Assembly (NCBI GenBank): GCA_964370865.1
Contig: CAYJKF010000001.1
Location: 35,703 to 99,702 of the forward strand
DNA from: an uncultured Candidatus Saccharibacteria bacterium
GTDB lineage: Bacteria > Patescibacteriota > WWE3 > 2-01-FULL-39-13
Reading direction: 5' to 3'
Length of the DNA: 64,000 nucleotides
The notes under the pieces were generated by a model. The model did no database searches, had not been told where the DNA came from, and saw only the letters and a program-made list of their open reading frames with translations. Positions within the stretch are counted from its first letter, which is position 1; the number at the start of each line of letters is the position of its first letter. Made by a program: the position numbers and the translations under genes. Of this stretch, positions 29,355 through 39,347 are shown piece by piece.

Positions 29355-29485
29355 CAGTTCCTCCTCTTACTTCTAGAAATCTCAATCCCAGCCTGAAGTA
29401 AATTTAGATTCAACGAATAAAAAATGGATGAAAACAAATTTAAAAGTAATTAATAATTTTTTAAACCACCTGTGATACGATCAGA

Positions 29486-31150
29486 TTGATGCCATATATA
29501 AAATTAAAAAATGAGAAATCAATCACAACCATAGAAGAGTTATATGAGTCTCTTCTTCAACTTAGAAATTTCACTGAAGAAGAAATTTCTAACTCAAAGC
29601 ATCCTTCAGAATATATAGAGACATTATTTGAGAAAGAATATTTTCAAATTCAAAAAGCGGTAGAAATCATAAAAGAGCACTTGTATGATAAGAAATTAAT
29701 AATAATTCATGGAGATTATGATGCTGATGGTCAAACCGCCACTGCGATTCTACAAAGAACAATTAGAGACGATTTAGGAAAAAAGAATGTCATTGCGTAC
29801 ATTCCTAATAGATTTGATGAAGGATACGGTCTTAGCACCGAAAGTATAGATGGAATGGAAAAGAGAACAATTCAAGAAGGATTTACTCCAAATCAAACAC
29901 TCATAATAACAGTAGATTGTGGAATTGTTTCGCCAAGCGAAGCAAAAATACTAAAAGAAAAAGGATTCACAGTAATAATTACAGACCATCACTCTAAAAC
30001 TGACAAAATTCCAGAAGTAGATGCAATCGTTTGGACAGATAAAGCCACAGGAGCTGGAATTGCATGGACTATTTCTAACAACCTAATTACAAGCAAATTT
30101 CCTCATGAAAAAAATAAATATTCTGACCTTGCAGCAATTGGAACCATATGTGACTTACAACCTCTAACCGATTTTAATAGAAGTATTTCGAAAATGGGTT
30201 TATTAGGACTAAATACAAATTCAAATTTAGGAATAAAAAAATTATTAGAAGTAGCAGGAGTTAAATTTCCAATAGATACATATGAAATCGGATGGGTAAT
30301 TGGTCCAAGACTAAACGCCACTGGAAGACTTGAAAATGCGATGGACTCATTAAATTTGTTAATCTCTGATGATCCAACTGACGCATTAAGAATTTCTAAA
30401 GAACTTAATTTGCTGAATCAAACAAGACAAGATAAAACATTTGCAGGATTTGAAATGGCGTCCAAAAAGATTGGGGAAAATAATATTCCTAATTTTATAA
30501 TTTCTTCTGACGAAAATTATCATGAAGGAATAATTGGATTAATAGCAGGAAGACTAACTCAAAAATTTAATCATCCAGCGATTGCGATTTCGATAGACAA
30601 AAATTCTGGACTCGCGAAAGGATCAGCCAGATCGATTACTGGAATATCAATTGTGGATTCACTAAGAGAAGTAGAAACTCTATTTGAAAAGGTCGGCGGC
30701 CATGAAATGGCCGCCGGATTCACCATCAAAACAGAAAACATCGAAAAGTTAAATGAATTTCTAAATAAAACATTAAAAATAGACCTATCCATTTTCGATA
30801 AAAAAATAGAAGCCGACCTTGAACTTCCCTCTTCATTAATTAGCCTATCCGCCTACGAAAAAATTCAAAGACTAAAACCATTTGGAACGGGCAATCCAGA
30901 ACCTACTTTCCTAACAAAAAATCTTAAAGTATTTAATAAAATCGTATTTGGAAAAGAAAACACACATCTTAAACTATTCTTACTAGACGAAAATCAGAAT
31001 GAATTTACAGCACTCGGATTTGGAAGAAGTTACATGAGCAATAAAATAAACATCGGAGAAAGCATCGACCTTTGCTATAACTTCTCTCTCAATGAATGGA
31101 ACGGCAATCGAAATTTAGAATTAAAAATAAGAGAAATATTGTCTAATTAG
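29486..31150 (+). CDS. recJ: Single-stranded-DNA-specific exonuclease RecJ
   Basis: DHH-family motifs (IIHGDYDADGQTA, ITDHH) and a DHHA1-like C-terminal half. Confidence 0.85.
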   Translation: MMPYIKLKNEKSITTIEELYESLLQLRNFTEEEISNSKHPSEYIETLFEKEYFQIQKAVEIIKEHLYDKKLIIIHGDYDADGQTATAILQRTIRDDLGKKNVIAYIPNRFDEGYGLSTESIDGMEKRTIQEGFTPNQTLIITVDCGIVSPSEAKILKEKGFTVIITDHHSKTDKIPEVDAIVWTDKATGAGIAWTISNNLITSKFPHEKNKYSDLAAIGTICDLQPLTDFNRSISKMGLLGLNTNSNLGIKKLLEVAGVKFPIDTYEIGWVIGPRLNATGRLENAMDSLNLLISDDPTDALRISKELNLLNQTRQDKTFAGFEMASKKIGENNIPNFIISSDENYHEGIIGLIAGRLTQKFNHPAIAISIDKNSGLAKGSARSITGISIVDSLREVETLFEKVGGHEMAAGFTIKTENIEKLNEFLNKTLKIDLSIFDKKIEADLELPSSLISLSAYEKIQRLKPFGTGNPEPTFLTKNLKVFNKIVFGKENTHLKLFLLDENQNEFTALGFGRSYMSNKINIGESIDLCYNFSLNEWNGNRNLELKIREILSN

Positions 31151-31841
31151 GGTAAGAAGCAAATTCACTACCAGTACTTACTTTCCATATATTCTTTACT
31201 TCAACCTTTTCAATATCAGTCAGAAACCTCTCGTATTTTTGCTCCATAAGCGGGAGACCTGTTTCATCAAAGCTATCTCTTGAAACGCCAAACCTATTGA
31301 TTTCAGGCTCAAAGGTAAAAAACGCCTCTAATTGATGATGAACAGAATTATGTCCCATACCACTTATACCAAAGGCAAGAAAGTTCTCCTCAGAACACAT
31401 CGTAAATTCTAATTTACTCTTACAATCAAATATTATGAATGAATGTGGTTTTTCCTGATAATAAAGTAGAAAAGTATTAGCGCGATTAAGACCTAGAATC
31501 ACCCCATTATAAAAGTATGCCTTTTCATCAAAGAATACCTCCTTACTAAGGGTAAATTCACTTTTTAGTTGCTCGAGCTCCAAGGACTCCATAGATCTAG
31601 AACCTGCCTCTACTTCTGACGATGCAGATATAAAATGCCAAAGTCCATCCCGGAATCTAGTAAAAGGTTTATCTATCGAAAATGGACTCTCTATTTCTCC
31701 TCCATAATCGCTATTTTCCACATCATAATTGGGGATAACGATACCATTCAATAATAGATATGATGCGATTAAGGTTCGAGGAAGTTGAGGATGATCTTCA
31801 ACAAGTTGGTTTTCATTTGGGTTCCGAATAGAATCTTCCAT
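31143..31841 (-). CDS. Hypothetical protein
   Basis: A 232-aa ORF with no recognisable motif. Confidence 0.4.
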   Translation of the reverse strand: MEDSIRNPNENQLVEDHPQLPRTLIASYLLLNGIVIPNYDVENSDYGGEIESPFSIDKPFTRFRDGLWHFISASSEVEAGSRSMESLELEQLKSEFTLSKEVFFDEKAYFYNGVILGLNRANTFLLYYQEKPHSFIIFDCKSKLEFTMCSEENFLAFGISGMGHNSVHHQLEAFFTFEPEINRFGVSRDSFDETGLPLMEQKYERFLTDIEKVEVKNIWKVSTGSEFASYPN

Positions 31842-31947
31842 AAATTGTAAAACCCATTATATACTATAGGAATAATGAAACGTACTTACATCAACCAAAT
31901 CTCAAAATATATTGGACAAGAGATGTTAAACGATTGACACCACAATC

Positions 31948-32442
31948 ATGAATCAAATACCGACAAATGTGGGTACCACACTTACAAAAAGGATAGTCGA
32001 AGCTCTAAATATAGCCTCTGTACCATATACAATCTCAACTCACGAACCTGTTAGAACCAGCGCCGAGGCAGCTTTGGTACGTGGATCCAACGAAGCAGAA
32101 GGAGCAAAAGCATTAATCTTTCGGGCAGACGGAAAACCAATACAAATTGTTCTTCAAGGAACTCGAAAGGTCGATAAGGACAAATTCAAGGCAAATTACA
32201 ATATTAATAAGCTCAAAATGGTCTCGGCTGAAGAAGTTTTAGAAATAAGTGGGGTTGAACCTGGAGGCGTTCCTCCTTTTGGTAATTTATTTGAGCCGGA
32301 AATTCCTGTATATTGTGATGATAATCTATTAAAATTAGATGACATTGAATTTAATGCGGGAGATAGGAGTGTAAGCATCCGCATGAAATCCCATGATTGG
32401 CAAAAGGTAGTAAATCCTGTCCTAGGAAATTTCACAGAATGA
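31948..32442 (+). CDS. YbaK/ProX-type aminoacyl-tRNA deacylase
   Basis: Similarity to the YbaK editing domain, including conserved GxxGGVPPFG. Confidence 0.7.
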   Translation: MNQIPTNVGTTLTKRIVEALNIASVPYTISTHEPVRTSAEAALVRGSNEAEGAKALIFRADGKPIQIVLQGTRKVDKDKFKANYNINKLKMVSAEEVLEISGVEPGGVPPFGNLFEPEIPVYCDDNLLKLDDIEFNAGDRSVSIRMKSHDWQKVVNPVLGNFTE

Positions 32443-33482
32443 AACCAACCCAAAATAGAAAGCTAAAAAAGAAACAAGACTCACATAAAGCCACGTACGA
32501 GGCTCCAAAAAACCACTCCATTTTTACGAGTATCCTATTAATACTATGTTTTCTAGCAGTATTATCAGGAGGAGCCGTGTTTTATTCCAGATACCCAAAT
32601 GGCATTGAACCACGTAAATCCGATGTAATGGTCGAACCGGCGACAACCAGCGCAGTATTATCCGCAAAGTCTCAAAAAGAACTTGTAACAGAAAATATAA
32701 CTACCAAAACTGATGCACCACAGATAACGGCTAAATCATATGGAATTTACTACCGAAAGAAAAATACTCCAAATGAATATGTAAAAATCGTAGAACGTGA
32801 GCCACAACAGATTTTGCCAATGGCCTCATTGACAAAGTTAATGACGGCATTAGTAGCATTAGAAAAATATCCGCTCGATAAAGAAATTACTATACCAGCA
32901 GTTTGCACAACCATAGTCGATGGAAGTAATGTTGGATTAAAAGCCGGCGAAATTTTTACCTTACAAGATCTACTGTTTGGCTTATTAGTAAAATCAGGAG
33001 CCGACGCTGGATGCACAATTGCAAACATAGAAAACCAGGAACAATTTATGAAGGAAATGAACGAAAAAGCTTCCTCCCTTGGAATGAAAGATACAAAATT
33101 TCAAAACGCAATTGGATTTGATTCAGGAACGACTCACGTTTCAACAATTAACGACCTTAAAATTCTATCAGAAGAAGTTTTGAAATCTAACGTACTTCGA
33201 AAAATCATAAGTACTCAAATTATTGAAATATCTCCTGAAAATTCGGCGAATGTTTATAGATTCAGTACAACAAATGATTTACTAAAATCGATCCCTGGTA
33301 CAGTTGGAATTAAAACCGGGTTTACTGAACTTGCAAAAGAATGCCTATCGTATCTTTACGAAGACAATCATTATGAAATCATGATTATATTATTGGGATC
33401 AGAAAAAAGATTTGAAGACACCAAGTCACTATTAGATTGGGCTAAAAAAGAAATAGAAAATAGTCAGACTCCTAATCCCTAA
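32439..33482 (+). CDS. D-alanyl-D-alanine carboxypeptidase (serine-type, PBP5/DacA-like)
   Basis: The active-site SxxK (ASLTKLMT), an N-terminal TM segment, and an ATGA start/stop overlap with the ybaK-like gene. Confidence 0.75.
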   Translation: MKPTQNRKLKKKQDSHKATYEAPKNHSIFTSILLILCFLAVLSGGAVFYSRYPNGIEPRKSDVMVEPATTSAVLSAKSQKELVTENITTKTDAPQITAKSYGIYYRKKNTPNEYVKIVEREPQQILPMASLTKLMTALVALEKYPLDKEITIPAVCTTIVDGSNVGLKAGEIFTLQDLLFGLLVKSGADAGCTIANIENQEQFMKEMNEKASSLGMKDTKFQNAIGFDSGTTHVSTINDLKILSEEVLKSNVLRKIISTQIIEISPENSANVYRFSTTNDLLKSIPGTVGIKTGFTELAKECLSYLYEDNHYEIMIILLGSEKRFEDTKSLLDWAKKEIENSQTPNP

Positions 33483-33879
33483 CGCTATCCAAATATCGAG
33501 ATAAAATCTCTGCTGCTGCGAAAGAATCATCTAGATTACGCTTGTTCTTCGCAATACCTGCATTAACCATCGTCTCCTTAGTGCTATCGGATGTTTTATA
33601 TTCATCTACAAAATTAATTTCAATATGTGAGGGAATATTCTGTTTTAAATTATATAGAAAGTCTTTAAATTCCTTGCTGTCTTCGTATCCTAAATTTCTT
33701 CCTATAATTACTTCTTCTATATATTCCTCATTAATTATTTTCATGATTTGAGAAATATTTTCATTCTCAACTACATGACCTGATATATTATTGAGGATTT
33801 TTAGCGGGCGGATAAAATTATTAACTGAAATAGCTAACCCAATTTTTTTAGTTCCGTAATCAATTCCTAGTATTCGCAT
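33472..33879 (-). CDS. ruvX: Putative pre-16S rRNA nuclease/Holliday junction resolvase-like YqgF (RuvX)
   Basis: An N-terminus MRILGIDYGTKKIGLAIS, typical of YqgF. Confidence 0.8.
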   Translation of the reverse strand: MRILGIDYGTKKIGLAISVNNFIRPLKILNNISGHVVENENISQIMKIINEEYIEEVIIGRNLGYEDSKEFKDFLYNLKQNIPSHIEINFVDEYKTSDSTKETMVNAGIAKNKRNLDDSFAAAEILSRYLDSVRD

Positions 33880-33891
33880 AATATTCGTAAA

Positions 33892-35466
33892 CTATTTATC
33901 AAGTTTGACGTTTATATTATCTTTTCGCATTGGAAGGCGTAGAAGTGCACCAGGCAAACGTGGAGATAATTCAATTCCATAGCTTTCAATATTATTGAGT
34001 CCGGATAAATATCGTTCGGCATCGGATAAAGAGTTACCAGTCAATTCTCTTTTGATTTCTTCAATATCAACCTTTGGCATAATGTGACTTCTAAGTTTTA
34101 CTTGAATATTTAGTACATTCTTATCTGTTGCATCAATTGTGGCAGCAGTTTCATAATCTATATTTTCACTATCTAGATTAAAGCTTTCAGGAACAACTCC
34201 CTTGGCAGATTCTTTTACAACCATATCCAAATCATCTTTTGAATAAGCAAGTCCATTACCCGACATCGTTAAATCTAATTTTAATTCTTCGGCTTCTTCA
34301 TCGAGCTTTTTATCGTAAGTAGCGGTCAGTGTTTCAAATTGAATAGATGATTCAGAAAGCTCTTGTGTAGAAATCTTTTTTCGTTTAATCGACTCAGCAA
34401 CTGTTTTCTTTAGGTTCTCTTCTAATTCTCGTTTTAAATTATCTAAGTCAATCTGGGCAACCACTTTTATTTCTTCTTGTTTTCCACCAGATATTTTCTC
34501 GTCATTCTCACCAACTAAATCATCAGTATCAAAATCACCAATTTCAAATTTCTCACCATCATCCACATTATATTTCTCACCAAACTCTAATGCCTCAATA
34601 TCCACTTCCTTTTCACCTGGCGTTATAGTTGTTACCATCTCAACTGTCTCTGAAGTTTGTTTTGGAATTGTTACTTCTTTCGTAATAATATATTTAAGAT
34701 TTTTATCATCAGTCGAGATTGCTTTTACCTCAGTACCTTTTTTAAGTTTTTCTTCTTCATCGGTCTTGTTATAAATAGTTATTTTTCCAGTTGCTTTATC
34801 TCCTATTAATTTAGTACCAGTTGTTGCGATCGATTTACTCTCCGTTTCGGTAACACTGATTGCTAGCGATGGAATTGTCTTATCTTCGACGCTCACCTTT
34901 GCATCTTTAATCGCTTTCATATCTAAAAGTTTTATTAGAACCTCTGATTTAACTTTTACAGTTACATTTGCCATCGGAATATAAGTTAACGCAGCGTAAG
35001 CTGATCCACCAACCAATAACAATATAATGAAAGAAATAATTATTGGTTTGAAAAATCTTTTGTACTTACCCGGAAATGAACTGCCAATCATATAACTTGC
35101 ATCATCATTTGCGTAGTAATTATTTTTTTTCTTAAAAAATCTCGATGGCTTTAACGCCGATAGAAAGGCAAATCTGGACCCTGCTGAAGCACTTGAATCA
35201 TAATCGATGTCTATTTCTGGCGTATTGAATTCTAAACGATCTTCATTTACTGCATTGATATAATCAAGATGATTTTTATCTTCAACAGCAAACTTTAAAT
35301 TCTTTTCATGATCTTTTGCAACTTTTTGAAGAATTTTTAGATTAGATGCATTCTCATATAATTTAGCCTTCTTCTCGAAAAATACCTCCAACTCTAAATC
35401 TTCAGAGTTCTTAATGAGTTCAATAATTTTATATAAATTTTGATCGTTACTTACTTTTATTTGCAT
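33892..35466 (-). CDS. Bitopic membrane protein with a large acidic extracytoplasmic domain, hypothetical
   Basis: A 524-aa protein with a single TM segment at about residue 155-175. It lies downstream of the actin-like ATPase gene. Confidence 0.45.
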   Translation of the reverse strand: MQIKVSNDQNLYKIIELIKNSEDLELEVFFEKKAKLYENASNLKILQKVAKDHEKNLKFAVEDKNHLDYINAVNEDRLEFNTPEIDIDYDSSASAGSRFAFLSALKPSRFFKKKNNYYANDDASYMIGSSFPGKYKRFFKPIIISFIILLLVGGSAYAALTYIPMANVTVKVKSEVLIKLLDMKAIKDAKVSVEDKTIPSLAISVTETESKSIATTGTKLIGDKATGKITIYNKTDEEEKLKKGTEVKAISTDDKNLKYIITKEVTIPKQTSETVEMVTTITPGEKEVDIEALEFGEKYNVDDGEKFEIGDFDTDDLVGENDEKISGGKQEEIKVVAQIDLDNLKRELEENLKKTVAESIKRKKISTQELSESSIQFETLTATYDKKLDEEAEELKLDLTMSGNGLAYSKDDLDMVVKESAKGVVPESFNLDSENIDYETAATIDATDKNVLNIQVKLRSHIMPKVDIEEIKRELTGNSLSDAERYLSGLNNIESYGIELSPRLPGALLRLPMRKDNINVKLDK

Positions 35467-35472
35467 ATTATT

Positions 35473-36651
35473 TTATTCTGGCGAGCTTAATTCTACTCTA
35501 ACTGCACACAGACTTGCTGGTACAAAAAACATAGTACCACCAATTAACTTTAATTCATCATCGACAATTTCTGACCAGTATTTATTTCCTACTTTTTCTA
35601 TTTCCAAGGAATTGGCAAATGGAATTGATTGTTTCCAATCCTCTTCATATAATAATTCTTCTATCAAAGGTAAATTAGCACCACCACCACTTAAAAATAT
35701 TTTACTTGGAAAACTTTTTATACCAGTCATTGAAGATAGTGTTGCCTCTAATGCTGATCTCCAATCTTTTCCTGACTCATATAATACATCTCCTACATTA
35801 TCATGCTCATCCTCTGAAATACTATTAAGCGAATACGATTCTTTTTTGCCTTGTGCTTTCTTAAAATCTAAACTCATTGAATTAGCTAAATGTTCGGTAA
35901 AATAATTTCCACCTATTTGAAAGGATTTAGTCTGAACTATATCCTTACCGAAAATTACAGCAATATCGGTATATTCCCCTCCTATATCTACCAAAATGTA
36001 GTTTTTATGTTCCTCTGATAATAATTTAACCTGAGAATATAATGTCGTAGTAATTGTAAGTGGCTCAATGCCAAGTGTTGCAAGGGTATTAACCACTTTT
36101 GTGTAAAACGTCTTAACGGCATATGAACAATAAACGGCAATTTGCACATAAGACACGTTGTTTCCTACTGGATCTTCTACTTTTCCTTCATCCGTTTCAA
36201 AAGAAGTTACAACCATATCAAGTGGAACGAAATCATTATCATCTGGATGAAATACAGACCATCTCTGTTTTGCCTGCTTCTCTGAAATATCTTTAACTTT
36301 AGAATAGAATCCTTCAAGTTCTTTTTCAGTAACTGGCCTAGATGAATCAGATCTATTTATTTTTAATATAAGCATAAAACCAAATACATTTGGTCCACCT
36401 AATCCCACTATTGTATTTGTGGTCTCTGAATCAGCCTGAACAAAACTTTCTCGAACAGCTTGAGATACTACGTGATCGAATTCTTCTTTTTGATAAGAGT
36501 TTTTAACAGATGCTCCTTTTATTGAGAATGGTTGAGATGCACCGCTTATAAACAAAGATTTGACTGAATTGTCTGTTATATCAAGAACTAAGAAGTCGTC
36601 GGGGGAACCATTTTTGGTCGATGTGGACTTTTTTTTGATGGGCAGTTTCAC
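35473..36651 (-). CDS. Actin-fold ATPase of the PilM/FtsA family
   Basis: A 392-aa protein with architecture and length typical of PilM/FtsA. The sugar-kinase/actin fold is inferred from LVLDI...GG...DIGG patterns. Confidence 0.45.
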   Translation of the reverse strand: MKLPIKKKSTSTKNGSPDDFLVLDITDNSVKSLFISGASQPFSIKGASVKNSYQKEEFDHVVSQAVRESFVQADSETTNTIVGLGGPNVFGFMLILKINRSDSSRPVTEKELEGFYSKVKDISEKQAKQRWSVFHPDDNDFVPLDMVVTSFETDEGKVEDPVGNNVSYVQIAVYCSYAVKTFYTKVVNTLATLGIEPLTITTTLYSQVKLLSEEHKNYILVDIGGEYTDIAVIFGKDIVQTKSFQIGGNYFTEHLANSMSLDFKKAQGKKESYSLNSISEDEHDNVGDVLYESGKDWRSALEATLSSMTGIKSFPSKIFLSGGGANLPLIEELLYEEDWKQSIPFANSLEIEKVGNKYWSEIVDDELKLIGGTMFFVPASLCAVRVELSSPE

Positions 36652-36707
36652 CCTTTTATTCTAACAGATAGGGTCCGCTCGTGTCATTGGTCGGGACACC
36701 TTTTCTT

Positions 36708-37181
36708 TTACCAAATGATAAACATTAGCCAAACAAAGAGAACTAGCGTTATAACGAATTTAAGGGCAATACCGCTAATGTAACCTATAACTGTACCGAG
36801 CGAGGCTTTCATGGCTTTCTCGATATCTTTTTTATCGAGTAATTCTGATATAAAAACGCCTAGAAACGCTCCAATTATTGCACCGAGTGGAAAGAATAAT
36901 ACAAATCCAATTAAGCCTCCAATTATTGAGGCTCCGATCCCTCTTGAGTTCGCACCGTATTTTTTGGCGCCTAGTAGAATTGCTAGATTATCTATAAAAA
37001 GTGAAATTATAGTTACAACTGCAAAAGAAATATAAACAAAGTTTGGAACGATGACACCTTCCTCAAAGAGTCCGTAGATTATTAATCCAAGTAAGACTAA
37101 AAAGATACCAGGAAAACCTAGCACAGCGACTCCCAATCCAAATAAGCTTATGAGGGTTATAAGAATCTGTATTTCGTACAT
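36708..37181 (-). CDS. Small polytopic membrane protein (DUF456-like)
   Basis: A 157-aa protein with four hydrophobic helices. Confidence 0.4.
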   Translation of the reverse strand: MYEIQILITLISLFGLGVAVLGFPGIFLVLLGLIIYGLFEEGVIVPNFVYISFAVVTIISLFIDNLAILLGAKKYGANSRGIGASIIGGLIGFVLFFPLGAIIGAFLGVFISELLDKKDIEKAMKASLGTVIGYISGIALKFVITLVLFVWLMFIIW

Positions 37182-37194
37182 ATTATCTTTAAAA

Positions 37195-39048
37195 TTATTC
37201 TAGCACAGCCTTTATTCTTCTAACTCCTTTTGCAACAGCTTCTTCTTTTAAAATTTTAAAGTGACCAAGTTCTGAAGTATTTCCTACATGTGGTCCACCG
37301 CAAAATTCTTTTGACCATGCCGATTCGATTGTTTCTCCAACATAATAAACGTTTACCATGTCTGCATATTTTTCACTAAAAAAATGAATTGCACCAGTCG
37401 CCTCGGCTTCTTTTATTGGAAGAACAACTTTATTCATTGGAAGTTTTTCTGAAATTTTTTGATTTACGAGTTGTTCGACTAACGCAATTTGTTCCACGGT
37501 CATCTTTTCATTATGCGAAAAATCAAAACGCAATCTTTCTGGCGTAATATTACTTCCCATTTGTCCAACATGTGTTCCTAATATTTCTCTAAGTGCGCTG
37601 TGTAATAAATGGGTAGCTGTATGAAGTTTTGTTGTTTCATAGGAATGGTCACCAAGCCCTCCTTTAAATCTATCACCCATATTTGCACGAGATTTTTCTT
37701 GATGCTCTTCGAGTTGTTTTTCGAAATCAGTAAAATCTACTTCTAAATTTAATTCTTTAGCGAGATTTTCAATTAAATCTTTTGAAGCGCCTTGTGATTG
37801 GTAAATATCAAATGGATTGTCGATTTTAGATAAAGCTTTGTTTACATATGTATGTGTTATAAAATTTCTTGTTCGATTAAATACTTCTTTATATAAATTA
37901 ACTTCATCGTTTATAACTTTAAAAATATGCGCCGTGTTATCAAGTTCTGGATAGATGTGTTTGTTTTTTTCAATAACCATTAATGCTATCTGATCAATTT
38001 GATCTGGGTTTATATATAGGTTCCACAGGCATTCATCAAATATCCTTCTTATAAGTCTTCTTAATACATATCCTTGATCTTTGTTTGATGGATATAAATT
38101 TTCAGCAATCAAAAAAGTTACAGTTCTAATATGGTCAGCGACCCTTTGAACTCCTGTTTTAATAGTTGTTTGCTCAATTGTAGTTGGATTTACTAAAGCG
38201 TCTTGAATTTTTTCGGATTCAGAACTTAAAGCAATTATTTTATTTATTATTTCGGAAAAAACATCTGTTTCATAAACAGAATCCACGTGCTGAATAAGTG
38301 TTGTCATTCGCTCAAGGCCTGAACCGGTATCAACAGATAAAGCAGGAAGTGGAGTTAGTTTTCCATCTTCTCCACGATTAAATTGCATAAAAACTCCTGC
38401 ATTCCAAATTTCTAAGTATCTTGGATTATCAGTTAGTCCTGGTCGATCTTCTTTTGGACCAAATTCTTCTCCTCTATCATATAAAACTTCAGTGCAGGGA
38501 CCACATGGACCAACGGGACCTGGAGCCCACCAATTTTCACTCCCTGGCAATTTTGAAATGTGAGATTCAGGTACTCCAACTGATTTCCATGCCTCAATGG
38601 TTTCAGTATCTTCGGGGCATTCTTCGTTTCCTTCAAAAACAGTCGGACGGAATTTTGTAGCATCAAATCCGAATCCGTATTCTTTGTTTGTTAACAAATC
38701 AAATGCAAACTGAATGGCTTCTTTTTTGCCATAATCTCCAATTGACCAGTTACCAAGCATTTCGAAAAATGTAAGGTGATATTTACTTGTTCCAACAATA
38801 TCTAAATCTCCAGTTCTAATACATTTCTGTGAGCTACAAAGTCTCTTCGAACCAAAATCTTTCTCGGCATCCCTCTCACCTAAAAAATAAGGCGTAAATT
38901 GAACCATTCCAGAATTTGTAAAAAGCAATGTTGGATGATTTTCGGGAATAAGTTTACTCGATGAAACCTCAATATGAGGATATCCACGTTCAGCCAAAAC
39001 CTTAACAAAATAATCAATAAATCTCTTACGGATTTCAGTAGATGTCAT
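37195..39048 (-). CDS. alaS: Alanine--tRNA ligase (short form lacking the C-terminal domain)
   Basis: An N-terminus MTSTEIRKRFIDYFVKVLAERGYPHIEVSSSKLIP...LLFTNSGM, the class II core, and an editing-domain HxxxH motif (TATHLLHSALR). The longer ORF in the track, ending at 39210, overlaps the conserved repeat, so M55 is the more likely start. Confidence 0.8.
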   Translation of the reverse strand: MTSTEIRKRFIDYFVKVLAERGYPHIEVSSSKLIPENHPTLLFTNSGMVQFTPYFLGERDAEKDFGSKRLCSSQKCIRTGDLDIVGTSKYHLTFFEMLGNWSIGDYGKKEAIQFAFDLLTNKEYGFGFDATKFRPTVFEGNEECPEDTETIEAWKSVGVPESHISKLPGSENWWAPGPVGPCGPCTEVLYDRGEEFGPKEDRPGLTDNPRYLEIWNAGVFMQFNRGEDGKLTPLPALSVDTGSGLERMTTLIQHVDSVYETDVFSEIINKIIALSSESEKIQDALVNPTTIEQTTIKTGVQRVADHIRTVTFLIAENLYPSNKDQGYVLRRLIRRIFDECLWNLYINPDQIDQIALMVIEKNKHIYPELDNTAHIFKVINDEVNLYKEVFNRTRNFITHTYVNKALSKIDNPFDIYQSQGASKDLIENLAKELNLEVDFTDFEKQLEEHQEKSRANMGDRFKGGLGDHSYETTKLHTATHLLHSALREILGTHVGQMGSNITPERLRFDFSHNEKMTVEQIALVEQLVNQKISEKLPMNKVVLPIKEAEATGAIHFFSEKYADMVNVYYVGETIESAWSKEFCGGPHVGNTSELGHFKILKEEAVAKGVRRIKAVLE

Positions 39049-39082
39049 GAAGGTATTATATAGGATTTTGTCTTTGGAAAAA

Positions 39083-39207
39083 GGGTACTGCGGCTGATAG
39101 GGTGAAAGAAAAAGTTTTGTATTCAAAAGAATACATGTTTTGGTCGAAATGACCGAAACAGATCTATGAAGATCAACTTTTCTCTCAACCCTATCAGCTT
39201 TTTTTAT
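39083..39207 (+). ncRNA. Structured repeat element copy 1 (candidate small RNA). It has a long closing stem, two internal perfect hairpins and a T7 run.
   Basis: The outer stem is gctgatagggtgaaagaaaaagtt / aacttttctctcaaccctatcagc. Inside are the hairpins gtattc-aaaa-gaatac and ggtc-gaaat-gacc. The element ends in TTTTTTT. A -10-like TATTATAT lies about 25 nt upstream. A second copy, about 90% identical, is at 40312-40437. The strand assignment is tentative. Confidence 0.4.
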
Positions 39208-39310
39208 CAAATGAATTCATTTTATTTTTCTTAGCACGATTGCCAAGAATTTTTTTACTATTTTAATGCGGTAAAGCTATGTAAACAACTCCTCGCGGAA
39301 TTGTTAAAAA

Positions 39311-39345
39311 GAAGCAGAACCCGGGACGGGGGTTCTTTTCTTTGT
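39311..39345. terminator. Bidirectional intrinsic terminator hairpin (agaaccc-ggga-c-gggggttct, flanked by an A-run and a T-run) after gene 39348-39875
   Basis: Read directly from the sequence. Confidence 0.6.
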
Positions 39346-39347
39346 GT

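Noticed and set aside
39049-39340. T-box riboswitch upstream of alaS
   Set aside because: The minus-strand sequence lacks the conserved T-box motif (AGGGUGGNACCGCG) and a specifier/antiterminator arrangement. The same element also occurs away from any aaRS gene (40312-40437).
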